NCBI GenBank assembly: GCA_951406725.2
Contig: OX597822.1
Coordinates: 78,740,001-78,804,000, forward strand
DNA: 64,000 nucleotides
Direction of reading: 5' to 3'
Origin: Octopus vulgaris
Taxonomy: Eukaryota
Below, in pieces: positions 23,670 to 36,682 of this stretch. The notes beneath the pieces were generated by a model. The model was not told the origin of the DNA and searched no databases. It was given only the letters and a program-made list of their open reading frames with translations. Within the stretch, counting starts at the first letter, position 1, and every line of letters starts with the position of its first letter. A program made the position numbers and the translations under genes.

Positions 23670-24042
23670 GCGTGGAGGCGCAATGGCCTAGTGGTTAGGG
23701 CAGCAGACTCGAGGTTTCGATTCCCAGACAGGGTGTTGTGAATGTTTATTGAGTGAAAACACCTAAAGATCCACATGGCTCCAGTAGAGGGTGGTGGTGA
23801 ACCCTGCTGTACTCTTTCATCACAACTTTCTCTCATTCTTTCTTCCTGTTTCTCTTGTACCTGTATTTCAAAGGGCCAGCTTCATCACACTATATGTCAT
23901 GCTGAATCTCCCCGAGAACTACGTTAAAGGTACACATGTCTGTGGAGTACTCAGCCACTTGCACATTAATTTCATGAGCAGGTTGTTCCATTGATCAGAT
24001 CAACTGGAACCCTTATCGTTGTAACTGACAGAGGGCCACGAT
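23670..24042 (+). mobile_element. tRNA-derived SINE (family D)
   Basis: Head ggaggcgcaatggcctagtggttagggcagc...ggtttcgattccc. Fragment of the body at 16508-16565; related head at 63311. Confidence 0.8.
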
Positions 24043-24657
24043 TTGGCCAGCAAGAGTCTTGATGTGAACTTGTGTGTTGAAAGACATTTTGTTGTATCTC
24101 AGGAGGGTCATTATGCAAATAATATACACACACTAGTTCTATTTAATTTCTTTGAATGATTAGTCAAACAACTGATTAGTTAACTGGTGAAATAGTTAAC
24201 CAATTGACAAAATGGAAAAAAATAAATTAAAGAAGTGAAATAGAACCATTGTGTGTATGATACTGGCATAATGACCCTCCCAAGATAGAACATATTATGC
24301 TTCTTATATTGACACCAGTCATGTATTAATATACTTTTTATGTGTGTGTATCTCTACCAAATTTAACTATTGCTTTACAATAACACTTGTGTTGGGAGAG
24401 TCGGTATAATAATAATGATAATAATAATAATAATAATAATACACACTAGTTCAATACCACTTCTTATTGTTAGCCAACTGGTTAAATATCTAACCAAGCA
24501 ACTAAACAATTGTTTGTTTAATGTGTTGGTTAAACAATCAATCAGTTTCCAAGTCACAGAGCAGGCCTTGCAGAGATAGGGGATGTCAGTAAATCACTAA
24601 AAAGGTCACTGTGAACACCAGTGAAAGAACTTGAACTAAAAAAACAATCAATTGATT

Positions 24658-24831
24658 CAGTTCTATATTTAAGAGAATAAGAATTATGTATATTGTTTAC
24701 ATTTGACAGATATTTGTCCTCATTTTGTTTGTGGTTAACACAATGTTTTGGCTGATATACCCTCCAGCCTTCATCAGGTGTCTTGGGGAAATTTTGAGCC
24801 TGGGTTCTCATTCCTAAGGTATTTCTCCATG

Positions 24832-24874
<43 letters not shown>

Positions 24875-25099
24875 CATGGCGTAGTGGTTAAGAGCGCAGG
24901 CTACTAGCCCCAAGATTCCGAGTTTGATTCCAGTCAGTGACCTGAATAATGATAACATTGAAAAATATCTTAGGAATGAGAACCCAGGTTTGAAATTTCC
25001 CCAGGACACCTGTTAAAGGCTGGAGGGTATATCAGCCGAAATGTTGTGTCAACAACAAACAAGATGAGGACAAATATCTGACAAATGTAAATAATGAAC
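24658..25099. mobile_element. tRNA-headed element with hammerhead-like tail and an upstream inverted tail copy
   Basis: Inverted arms (~24690-24873, ~24943-25097) surround a tRNA-like head (A box TGGCGTAGTGG at 24877, B box GAGTTTGATTCC at 24920). CAATTGATT is duplicated at 24649-24657 and 25100-25108. Confidence 0.8.
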
Positions 25100-26110
25100 C
25101 AATTGATTGTTTAACCAACACATTACACAAACAACTGATTAGTTAGTTGGTTAGATATATAACTAAGTGACTAACAATAAAGAGGTGGAACTGAACCTGT
25201 GTATTGTTGTTGTTATAACAACCCTCCCAAGACATGGCAAGATTTGTTTCAACACATGAATTCACATCAAGAATCTTGCAAACCAAATACAAAAACAAAA
25301 TTTACAATAACAACCATACCAATACTACCACGCCTACCTCTCCTCCTCTTTTTGTCAAAATTTTATTTTTAATCTCCACCTTTCATTTTATCATAACCAC
25401 TACCATCACCACCGGTTTCCTCTACCCACCCAGTACAACTTAGCCACTGTGGCATGATTGTTCACATAAACAGCTGTTTATCTTTTTTCCTTCTTTCTCT
25501 CTCTCACATGTGTGCACGCGCGTGCGTGTACACACACACACACACTAGTAAAGATGGGGTGATGGTAGAGGGAGTAGAGATTCCAGAGTATCATTTTCAG
25601 AGTATTGGTGTTGGTCTGGGCAAGGGTGGATAAAGGATTTATTCCTATCAGGAGAAAAGAAATCTCTCACCCACTCCACAGCAACTCAAATAAGCCAAAA
25701 CTATAAACCAAAGTCTGAAAAATGTCACACACTATCCCTGTATATATCTAACCATATACAACATATCTTGTGTAATATAGAGCACATCTTGTAAATATAC
25801 AACTTTTGTTGCTAAGCAATGGCACCACATACTTATTCAAATTTCTTTCCATTTATTTTTTATTTTTTTATTTTTTCTTTAATCTTCTTTTTCACTACAA
25901 CTGCACCATAACTAAACTTGTTACACCCCCACATCTAACACATCATCATCATCATCTCAAACACCATCCTGCAGTTTAAACCACTGCTAGAACACATAGT
26001 CAGTGAAACTGCTGGAAACAACAGTCATAGATCCCTCAAAACACTGCATTATCTTTTTTATACACACACACACACATATATATATATATGTCTGTATGTA
26101 TGTATGTATA

Positions 26111-26142
<32 letters not shown>

Positions 26143-26473
26143 CATCATCATCATCCAGTGTTTTAAATCTGGGTTTTGTCCCTGTTATCGGGGGTGGCTG
26201 GATCTACCTTAATGCCATAGCAACAGAGGTAGGTAGGTGCAGCCCATCCCAACCTTTGGGCAGGCTGGTGCCCATTCTCCTTTGCTATCATGAGGCTTTT
26301 TTTGGAGCTGGATTTTCTACAGGGAACATGCCCTTGCTTACCCCCAACCACAGCTTCTAGACACGAGTGGTCTCAAGACCAAGGCCTCTACCACGATTTT
26401 TTAAGAAATGTGGTGGAAAACTAGCTCAAGAAGGCAGGGACGCTACTCCCTGAGACCCCTTTCGGAGTCCCCC
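26143..26473 (-). mobile_element. Retroposon 3' end (family C)
   Basis: Reverse complement of 21157-21452, with a ~35-bp extra segment. Confidence 0.85.
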
Positions 26474-26496
26474 CTACTTATACACACACACACACA

Positions 26497-27033
26497 CCAA
26501 GGTAATTGAAAAGTAACTCCCTTGTTATCTCACTAAACTGCAAGACAAGATCTGGCCAGTTATCAGCGCTTGGGAGAATACTGAAGATTTGATTTTCATG
26601 CAAATTGGCATCCGTCCACATATTGCTCTTGTCATTCCTGAATGGTTGAATGCCCACTTCCCCAGGAAACAGGTGGGTCATTGTGGTCCACATGTGTGGT
26701 CAGCCAGGAGTCTCAACTTAACACCCTATAATTTCTTTCTTTGGGGTTGGTTAAAGGAACAAGTCTGCTGTACCAAACCAAAGACTTTGGAAGAACTTGA
26801 AGGGAAAATACAAGAAGTTGTGTCTTCTATCCCACATGAGATCCTAGTGAAATCTGTTGACACAATTCCTAGGTGACTCAAGAAGCTGGTGGTGACATCT
26901 GGAGCCCATATTGAATTTTAAATAAAAGTTCATACTAAAAGTTTTCCTTTCATATTCCTTTTTTAATAAAAATTATAATTAATAAATAATTTACAAGTAT
27001 TTTAAAATAAGGAGTTACTTTTCAATCACCCTC
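26497..27033 (+). mobile_element. Internally deleted Tc1/mariner-superfamily (rosa/maT-like) element
   Basis: TIRs related to GGGTGATTGAAAAGTAACTCC. Degenerate transposase C-terminus FMQ.G..PH...WLNAHFP...GP..WSARSLNLTPYNFFLWGWLKEQV...PKTLEEL (compare WPPRSPDLTPLDFFLWG). Confidence 0.88.
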
Positions 27034-28049
27034 TATATATATGATGGGCTTCATTCAGTTTCTAAGTACCAAATCCACTCCCAAAAATGGCTTTAGCTGG
27101 CCTAGGCTAAAGTAGCAGACACTTGCCCTCCATCTCAGTAAAATCTCTCTTCTTATCAGCTTCTAAAGTGTATCATCATCATCGTTATCATCATCATCAT
27201 CATTTAACATCTGTTTTCCATGTTGGAATGGGTTAGACAGATTGACAGGAACTGGCAAGCCAGAGAGCTGCACCAGGCTCAATCGTCTGTTTTGACAAGG
27301 CTTCTACGGCTGGATGCCCTTCCTAATGCCAACCACTTTACAGCGTGCGTCTAGTGATTTTTATGTGGCACCAGCATGGGTAGCTAAATGTAGTATGAAC
27401 AATCGAGAAAATTAAGGAATTCTAAAAATTTCTTAATTTAGTCCTTTTTGTATGTTTAGAATGAATTAGTACTCTCGTCTTTTCCTCCAGAACTTAAAAC
27501 TTCCTGATTAGAAAGAATGAAACCAAAACATTCTATCTCACATCATCATCATTTAATGTCTGCTTTTCACGCTGACACGAATTGGATGGTTTAACTGAAA
27601 AGTGGTAAGGCGGGGGCTGCTCCAGGTTCCAATTTGATTTGGCAAAGTTTCTATGGCTGGATGCCCTTCCCAACACCAACCACTCCAAGAGTATAGTGCG
27701 TGTTTTTTACATGCCACCGGCATAGGTGCCAATGACCTGACCCCAGCATGAGCCACAACTATGGTCTCACTTGGCTTGATTGGTCTACACAAGCATAGTA
27801 TATGGTCATTTGTTACTGCCTCCATGAAGCCCAGTGCTTTTTACATGCCACCAGCATGGATGCCAGTCAGATGGTACTGGCATTAACCACTAAAAATAAA
27901 AATACAATATAGGTAAAACACTGACTTACTGATGGTCTGGAATCTCTTACAATTCACACTAATTTACAAGCAGGAACGTCAAATTCCCTCAGCCACCAGA
28001 CCAGTTTAGTGGCGCCTTGCACAGCATTAATAATCTCTATTATACATAC

Positions 28050-28453
28050 ATGTGGTTCTCAACCATTTTTTGGTTATGGATCCCTTTGGCACCTATGTTA
28101 CTTGGGTGGACAACAATAGCTATTTAATTCTTTTATTCTTTTACTTGTTTCAGTCATTTGATTGTGGCCATGCTGGGGCACTGCCTTGAGTTGAACAAAG
28201 TGACCCCAGGACATATTCTTTATATGCCTGGTACTAATTCTATTGGTCTCTTTTCCTAAACCGCTAAGTTACGGGAACGTAAACACATCAACATCGGTTG
28301 TCAAGTGATGGGGGGGGGGGCACAAACGTATAAAAAATTAAAGCATTTTGTGTATCGTATAAAGTATAATCAGTTTGTTGAGCATAAATTTTAACAGCTA
28401 AATTTTATGTGGACCCCTTCAAGTATCATATGGACCTTGGTTGAGAACTACTG
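28050..28453. mobile_element. hAT-like MITE with nested SINE A tail
   Basis: gtggttctcaacc ... ggttgagaactactg termini; SINE A fragment at 28135-28326. Confidence 0.75.
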
Positions 28454-28859
28454 ATTTATACTAATAAACAATGATGATGATGATGCACAGGTACACTTAT
28501 TTTAAGTAAATTTAATATTTGTTTAGCGTGTAACCTCCCTTGATTCGGAAACAGCAGTAATTCAAAATGGTTTTGGCAAAGATTCCAGATAATCAATCTT
28601 GTGCTTGTATTTCTTGAAGTAATTATTACCCAATTAAATGTAATTTTCCTGCACTGGTTCAGTGTCATGTCATAGTCTTGTTTCTTTTTCTTCTTTTGAC
28701 CTGCCATAGACTACAATAATATTTGCAATATTGATTATATTAAGTTCAGATCTTAAAAAGACAGCAAATAATTTCCTCTGAAATTCTTCAAATGCTGGGG
28801 AGATTCCAAAAATCACTTACACTAACATAAAACTTGTACTAATATAATCTGCTAGAAGA

Positions 28860-29070
28860 AAGTGGCAAGCTGGCAGAATTGTTAGCATGCTGGGTACAAT
28901 GCTTAGCAGCATTTTGTCTGTCTTTGAGTTCAAATTCTGCTGAGGTCAACTTTGCCTTTCATCTTTTCAGGGTTGATAAAATAAGTACCAGATGGGCACT
29001 GGGGCCACTGTAATTGACGTAACTCCTTTCCTGAACTTGCTGGCCTTGTGCCAAAATTTGAAACCAATAT
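28860..29070 (+). mobile_element. SINE family B
   Basis: gtggcaagctggcagaattgttagc...gagttcaaattctgc...gcctttcatcttttcagggttgataaaataagtaccag (conserved central SINE domain, Meta-domain-like). Confidence 0.8.
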
Positions 29071-30989
29071 AATCTGCTGGACGAAGTAAATATTGTCATG
29101 ACACAGTGATGTACCTAACCACCCAGGAGAAAATCCATATTGAGATCTAACTTTAAAGAAAAAAAAAGGCAGGATGCATTCACATTTTTCTAGTAATTTC
29201 TCAACAATTGGTTCTTTTCTTTCTCTAGTCACTTGCTTGACATAGGCCCACACACACAAATGAATGTAGTCAAGGTTTTTCTTTGGTACTGCAATCAATG
29301 GTGAAAATCTATTTTAAGAAGAAACAGTCTCTCAATGACATTCAGTTTTATCATCATCGTTTTAACGTTTACTTTCTATGATTGCATAGGTCCAACATAG
29401 TTTTATTGAGGCAGATCTTCTGCAGCTGGATACCCTTCCTGTCATCAATCCTCACCTGTTTTCAAGCAAGATAATATTTCCCCATGGCCAGACATGTTTT
29501 TTGCAGAATATAGGAAATGAATGACATTCATTTAAAACAATTACATGATATCAAGACAAAGAGACACAAACACACATACACATGTATGTATGATTGCTTC
29601 TTTCAGATTCCATTTATCAAGTCTACTCACAAAGCTTTACTCTACCTGGGGTTATAGTAGAAGAAATTTGTCAAAGGTGCCACACATTGAGGCTGAACCC
29701 CAAACCATGAGGTTGAAAAGCAAACTTCTTAACCACACAGCCACACCAGTCCCTTTAATCAAGCATTCAATTTCTGCTTTTACTTCATCTCACATGAAAC
29801 AGCATTCAACTCAAAGGTTCTATTACTGATTTTACATCAAAGTTGATTGATAATTTGAGCAATGTCATTGAACACTTCAGGGAATTCTTTAGCAAATGAA
29901 TCAACTTTTGTGGTCGAGGGAGTAATCATGTAATTTATTTTAATCAAGCCAAGTTAAGAATCTGTCTCATGACCATTAATAAGTAGCTGCTAATTTTAGA
30001 TCTGGTGACAAATATTCTTTATAAGAGGCAAATTGAGCCAATTTCAAGTGTGATACAAATGCCTCTAAATAAAAGTAGAGATGCAACTGAGTCATAGATA
30101 ATCAATGGCATTGTCGTTTTAATCTCCACTTTTCAGAGTCTGATGGAATTTTTTGAGGAAGAGCTATGGCCAGATGCCCTTCCTGTCACCAACCCTAAAC
30201 TGTTTCCTGGTAAAGTAATATTTCCCATGGCCAAGCTCATCCATACTTATCATGTGATGTCCAAACAAGAAGACCTACCATACATGCATGCACACACACA
30301 TACATACATACATACATGCACAACAGGCTTCTTTCAGCTTCTATCTACCAAATCCACTCACAAGGCTTTGGTTGGCCTGGGGCTACTTTTAGCCATTGAA
30401 GTGCAATCATACTGGAACACTGCCCTAAATGGTTTAGTCAAGCAAATCAACCACAGTACTTAATAAGTCTGGTACTTGTTCTATTGATCTTTTTTGCCAA
30501 ACTGCTAAGTTGTTTTGGTTTTTGTTTTTATAATTGATCACCTTCCTTAATCTGAAATACAAATTCTTTATCACTATTTATAACTAATTAACATAATTAA
30601 TTAACAGAGCTATTCTGTGTGGCTTATTGTAACTACAGTTCATGTTCTCATGAACAGACTGGACCCTAGGGCCACAGACACTGCCCAACAATCAAGTCTA
30701 GTCTACCTGGGACTAAACAACAACAGTGATCACCAACTTCAAGTAGGGAACTTATTCTTGGGGTAACCCAGATGTTCTCAACAAGGGTCCACATGACCCT
30801 TGGAGTTCCATTAAGCTTTTGCTATTAAAAGTTGTGTGCAATAACTTGTATAAAATTCTACAAAACAAAATATTTTCACAATTTTTAAATATAATTCCTA
30901 AAAACGTTTGATTAGAAAAATATAGGATTTTTTTAAACATCAAATAGCTGTGAGAATCTACCTAAGTAAAATGGGAATCAACGCAGTTC

Positions 30990-31310
30990 ATACACATGGG
31001 CATGCCTACAAAGTCAGAAAAATAGCACAGACATTCGGAAAAAATTTTTTTGTGCTCAGAGTTGCTGAAGCATGGAACAAATTACTTGCATCAGTTGTTA
31101 CCTGCCAAGATATTGCATCCTTTAAAACCCCCGTGCTTTCTGAAATTTGCCAACACTACACCTGATATCCATCCCACTTCATATGCATGCACACATGTAT
31201 ATCATGACTCATACACTGTTCACCTTCCTGACTTTCGTACATAAGTCTATGTACTGTATATATATACCTTTGATGAGTTGTAGTACACCTGAGCACTACA
31301 TTATTATATC
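30990..31310 (+). mobile_element. CR1-clade LINE 3' end, nested in a hAT-like MITE (30770-31332)
   Basis: THGHAYKVRK...KNFFVLRVAEAWNKLLASVVTCQDIASFKT matches the CR1 ORF2 terminal motif RGH..KL...FF..RV...WN.LP..VV......FK. Confidence 0.85.
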
Positions 31311-31737
31311 ATAAAAAATGGTTGAGATCCACTATAAATAACAGCAAAATACCTCTCAAATCATATCATGCTGCTTTTCAAAAAGATAATGTAGTCCTGC
31401 ACACAGCATTAGCAAAGAGAGAGGGAGAGACAGACAGAGAGACAAGAAGTTAAGGCTGGATTGTCTTTCATCAGAGGTTTACTCAAGTAAGAACAAGGCC
31501 AAAAGGACATGTAACAGGCAAAGGCTGAACTCAATTATCTCCAAGAACCAGAGTTTCAAACAGCATCACTCAGCTGCACTAATACCATTCCATTTTCTAT
31601 CTCTCAACCCAGAGTCCACCCACCACCACTCTCTAAGGTCTGACCTTGAGAAAGAAAGGAGGAAAGAGTTACAATGGAAGTTACAGATGTCTTGCTCTTC
31701 CTTCTCCTCTTCTTCCTCACTACAAATCTCAGGTCAA

Positions 31738-32082
31738 TGTGGCTGTGTGGTAAGAAGCTTGCTTCCTAACCAAGTGTGTGGCACTTTGTTCAAGTGTCTT
31801 CTACTATAGCCTGGGGCCAACCAAAGCCTTGTGAATGGATCTGGTAGACAGAAACTGAAAGAAGCTCGTCGTATGTATATATGTTTGTGTCTGTGTTTGA
31901 CTACCCTTACAACCATCGCTTGATAACTGATGTTGGTGTGTTCACGTCCCCATAACTTAGCAGTTCAGCAAAAAGAGACCAATAGAATAAGTCCAGGGGT
32001 AGATTTCTTTGACTAAAAAGTGGTGCTCCAGCATGGCCACAGTCAAAATGACTGAAACAAGTAAAAGAATGAAATAAAAGAA
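31738..32082 (+). mobile_element. SINE family A
   Basis: Head-to-tail similarity to 9060-9431. Confidence 0.85.
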
Positions 32083-32198
32083 TATATGTGTGTGTATGTA
32101 TTTATACAGTAATCCTTTGACTATTGCAGATGTTACATTCCAAAACCTCCCACGCCAGGTAAAAATTCACGAAGTAGAAACAGTACTGCACTGTATAT

Positions 32199-32560
32199 TT
32201 TTACCTTTGCCTTAGCGAAGGCAGAGATATGTTTTCAGTCATGTTTGTTTGTTTGTCCATGGACAAAGCTATTTCAAGAACCACTGGATGGATTTGGATG
32301 AAACTTTCAGGAATGTTTTGCCTCATGACAAGTACGAACTGAGATCAATCCAGTGCTGGACAAGGTTTCTGGATTATGTTTCCTATTTTTTTGTCTTTAC
32401 TTAATTTTTGAGAGGAGTCGGGTTCATTTTTAGTATTCTCATTTGTGAGAGCAGTTGAGTTTATTTCAGATATTCTCATTTAAAAATTCATCTCCGGCTA
32501 ATCATTGAGAGGACGTTGGTGTTGCCTTGGCGGAGGTTTGGGCTCTCTGAGTGCTGGTTT
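32199..32560 (+). mobile_element. Helentron-associated (HINE/pearl/DINE-1-like) non-autonomous element
   Basis: Starts in a T-run with ttacctttgcc...tatgttttc, then (GTTT)n and ggatttggatgaaacttt. Ends with subterminal inverted ggcggagg plus hairpin gctctctgagtgc and a T-run. Confidence 0.7.
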
Positions 32561-32577
32561 TTTTAATTATTTATTTC

Positions 32578-32803
32578 TTTACTGCCCACAAGGGGCTAAA
32601 CACAGAGGGAACAAACAAGGACAAACAAACGGATTAAGTCGATTATATCGACCCCAGTGCATAACTGGAACTTATTTAATCGACCCTGAAAGGATGAAAG
32701 GCAAGATCGGCCTCGGTGGAATTTGAACTCAGAACGTAGCGGCAGACGAAATACCACTCAGCATTTCGCCCGGCGTGCTAACGATTCTGCCAGCTCACCA
32801 CCT
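32578..32803 (-). mobile_element. SINE family B
   Basis: Matches 51241-51461. Confidence 0.9.
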
Positions 32804-33399
32804 TTTTTTTATTATTTTAATAATTTGCGTATATTTATTTTATTATAAATGCAAAAGCAGCACCTTGGAGGAATCAACGTAAGCTTATATAATAAACTGT
32901 GATAGGTGAGCCACGATAGGTGAACCATGATATGGCAAGGGATCACTGTATATATATATATATATATATCATTAAACTATAGACCACACATACACAAACA
33001 TATGCAGAACATATATATATATATAATTCATTTAGCTAAAAGGCAGAGTGAAGAGATATATGTATGCATTATTTCTTCTCCCTGCAGAATAACTATCTAG
33101 TATTTTAGGAGAAGCCATAAAAACAAGTAGGTACTTATACAGATACACTTGAGTACATATACGCATACATGTTTGTATACATACACACATACATGCCCGA
33201 ACACAGGAACACACAGTTGCACAAATATATGGCCACAGATGAACAAACACGTGAACATAGTTGCAAAAACATAGAATCACACTTGCAAAAACAGACACAC
33301 ACACACACACACATACATACACACAGAGTCTTGAGAGAAATTGGTCAAGTAGTTATATTAAGTGTTATTAAGTAGTGTGGGTCACTGTTTAAAGTGTGT

Positions 33400-33811
33400 G
33401 GCGGGGGGGGGGGGAGAAAGAGAGAGAAAGGAAAAGAGAAATGGAAAGAGAGAAAGGGAAAGAGAAATAGAGAGAGAAAAAAGAGAGAATAGGAACGGTT
33501 TATACTATACGAAAAGAGAAAAGTAGAAGAAAGAGAGAGAGAGAGAATGAGAAAGAGTGAGAAACTCAGAGGTAAAGAGAGAGATACAGGATGCTATGAA
33601 ATGGTCAGTGATATAGAGGAAGAGAGAGAGAGAGAGAATTAGGTGGAAAGTGTGAGAGAGTCACTTGATAGGTAGAGGCAGAAACAGGATGCTATGGAAT
33701 GGTCAATGATATACAGAGAGAGAGAGAGAGAGAGGGAATGTGTGTGTGTGTATTAACAAATGGCAAATAAGAGAGAGGAGGAGAAATACCAGAAGTTTCT
33801 AGTCATGTGAT

Positions 33812-33869
<58 letters not shown>

Positions 33870-34200
33870 GAGGGGGTGGGTATGAGAATGTGGTGTAGAC
33901 AGGCAGAAAGACATGCAAGTAGGCAGCTGAATAGTAATACAAGTATCTTCTCAAATGATTAGAAGGAATACATACACTAGCCATGTTGGATGGATGTAGG
34001 GAAAGAAAGGAAGGGGGGAGGAGGAGGAGGACGTAGAGAAAGGAGAAGAGACAGTTGAGGTGAGGGAGATAGAAAGGGGAGGAAGAGAGAAGTAAAGAGA
34101 TAACTTGAGAGAGGAAACAAGAAAGAATTAGGGGGAATTAAAGAGGAAGATAGAATGAGCGATGGTGAGAGGGAACGAGAGAGAGGGGAGAGAAAGCTAG
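33400..34200 (+). repeat. Purine-rich (GA/GAA) low-complexity tract with a (TG)n microsatellite at 33815-33867
   Basis: Direct reading of the sequence. Confidence 0.9.
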
Positions 34201-34585
34201 TCGAAAGATATTTTAGGATCAACAGTGGATTCATCCATTGAAACTACTTAAATCCAACTAACATGATACCGAGGGGGAGAGAGAAATCACTCACCTTGGG
34301 ATAGAATGCTAATTAGCTGCAGGTAACTTCTGAAGTTAGGTAAAGAATACGATTAATGAAAATAAGCCTGTTACCTGTTCTCTAAAAGTCAAATGTGTAC
34401 AAATGTTAGTTCCAAGTATTCTTGATCAAGAAAACTTGTGATCAAAGACATTCCATTCACGACCATCCCATTTTTCTTGACTGTATCTACATCATCTAAG
34501 ATATCCCCACTTTTGAGGGGTTTGACTATTATTTCTAATAACTCAAAAGATTAGGGAGAGACTCCTTCCATCACTGCTGATGATG

Positions 34586-34618
<33 letters not shown>

Positions 34619-34789
34619 ACAACAGCTGCAGTGAAAGTTGTTGTAGCTTGCTTACCAACCACATGGTTTCAGGTTCAGTCTCACTGCATGGCACCTAGGG
34701 CATATATTTTCTACTATTGCCTCGGGCCAACCAAAGCCTTTTGAGTGGATTTAGTAGACAGAAACTGAAAGAACCAGTCATATATATAT

Positions 34790-34838
<49 letters not shown>

Positions 34839-35467
34839 TGTGTGTCTGTGTCTATCCCCCCACCATTGCTTGACAACCAATGTTGGTGTGTTTACAATAC
34901 TGCTCATGGATATGCTCTGGCAGTTGTTATTTTTATCATCATCATCATCACCATATATCCACTTTTCCATACTTGCATGGGATGGAAAGAATTTATTGAA
35001 GTGGGTCTTCTTTGGTTGGATGCCCATCCTGTCACCAACCCTCACCTGTTTCCAACTAAGACAATAATTTATTTCCCCACAGCCAGACAGGTTTTACATG
35101 GAAGATGAAAAACAAAGATACTGCTTTCATAGTGATGATACTTGCTTACAACTATCACACAATATCAAAGCAATGAAAGAGCAAAACACACACACACACA
35201 CATACATACATACATACAGTGGCCTTCTCACAGTTTCTCTTAACCAAATCCACTCGCAAGTCTTTGGTCAGCCCAGGCCAGGGCTATATTAGAGGCCCAA
35301 GGTGTCACACAGTGGAATTGAACCCTGAAACATTTGGTTGGGAAGCAAACTTCTTCCCACACAGCCCTACTTGCACCACAGCTATGGAATCTAATTTTTA
35401 AGGCATGCATTTGACTCTTACAGTGTGAGATACGGAAGGATTTCAATCAATTCCACTACCACTCGCT

Positions 35468-35509
<42 letters not shown>

Positions 35510-35679
35510 TGAATCCCTTCGGCATCATGCTATGAAAAGTTAAAACATATAAATGGCATTTGAGAAGCGCTATTTTGATTGGATAGTTGCTTGAAAGAAT
35601 TTAAGCAAAGACACAATAATCTACACAAGCATAATGATGGTTAAACATTTGAGAAACATTCTTATTGCTATATATGAAT

Positions 35680-36682
35680 CAGAGAGCTCCTATCTCTCCT
35701 GGCAACTAAGGGCCTCTCGCTCAGGATGAAAGGTAGACTGTATGATGCATGTGTGCAAACTACCAAGCTACACAGCAGTGAAACATGGGCCATGACTGCT
35801 GAGGACATGCGTAGGCTTGAAAGAAATGAAGCTAGTGTCATCCGCTGGATGTGTAATGTCAGTGTGCATACACGACAGAGTGTAAGTGCCCAAAGAGAAA
35901 AGCTGGACATAAAAAGCATCAAATGTGGTGTGCAAGAGAAACGACTGCACTGGTAAGGTCACGTGCTGCATATGGATGAGGGCAGCTGTGAGAGGAAGTG
36001 CCACTCCTTAACTGTTGAAGGAACCTGTGGAAGAGGTAGACATAGGAAGACATGGGATGTAGTGGTGAAGCATGACCTTCGAACATTGGGCCTCACAAAG
36101 GTAATGACAGGAAACCGAGACCTTTGGAGATATGCTGTGATTGAGAAGACCCGACAACTAAAGTAAGGTCGCAGCCATGTATGTCCGGCCCAGTTAAGTG
36201 TACCCTACATGTGTTGTGCAATATGATATACCTGAGAAGACCTGCTGAGTCAAGTAAAACTAATATCATAGCTATGGCCAGTGCCCTCTGACTGGCTCCC
36301 ATGCCAGTGGCACATAAAAAGTGCCATCTGAACTAGGCCGATACCGGTACCAGACTGGATCTCGTGCCGCTGGCATGTAAAAAGCACCAACCGAACATGG
36401 CCGATGCCCGTAACCCCTGACTGGTCCCCATGCCAGTGGCACACAAAAAGCACTATCTGAACGTGATTGGTGCCAGGCCCACCTGACTGGCTCCTGTGCC
36501 AGTGGCACATAAAAAGCACCCACTACACTCTCTGAGTGGTTGGCATTAGGAAGATCACCCAGCTGTAGAAACATTGCCAGATCAGATTGCAGCCTGGTGC
36601 AGCCACTGGCTCTTCAGACCTCAATCAAACCATCCAACTTATGCCAGCATGGAAAATGGACGTTAAACAACGAGGATGATTA
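35680..36682 (+). mobile_element. 5'-truncated RTE-clade LINE (ORF2 C-terminus plus 3'UTR)
   Basis: RELLSLLATKGLSLRMKGRLYDACV...SETW...RRLERNEASVIRWMC...KRLHW*GHVLHM...VEGTCGRGRHRKTW...DLRTLGL...NRDLWR, with one in-frame stop. The 3'UTR has ~60-bp tandem units and ends ...ggacgttaaacaacgaggatgat. Confidence 0.93.

Larger units (their letters stand above)
32107..32948. mobile_element. Tigger/pogo-like MITE with two nested insertions
   Basis: TA|CAGTAATCCTTTG ... CAAGGGATCACTG|TA termini. Confidence 0.75.

Noticed and set aside
33400-34234. Hydrophobic L/S/P/F-rich ORF
   Set aside because: It is the complement of a GA-rich low-complexity tract.
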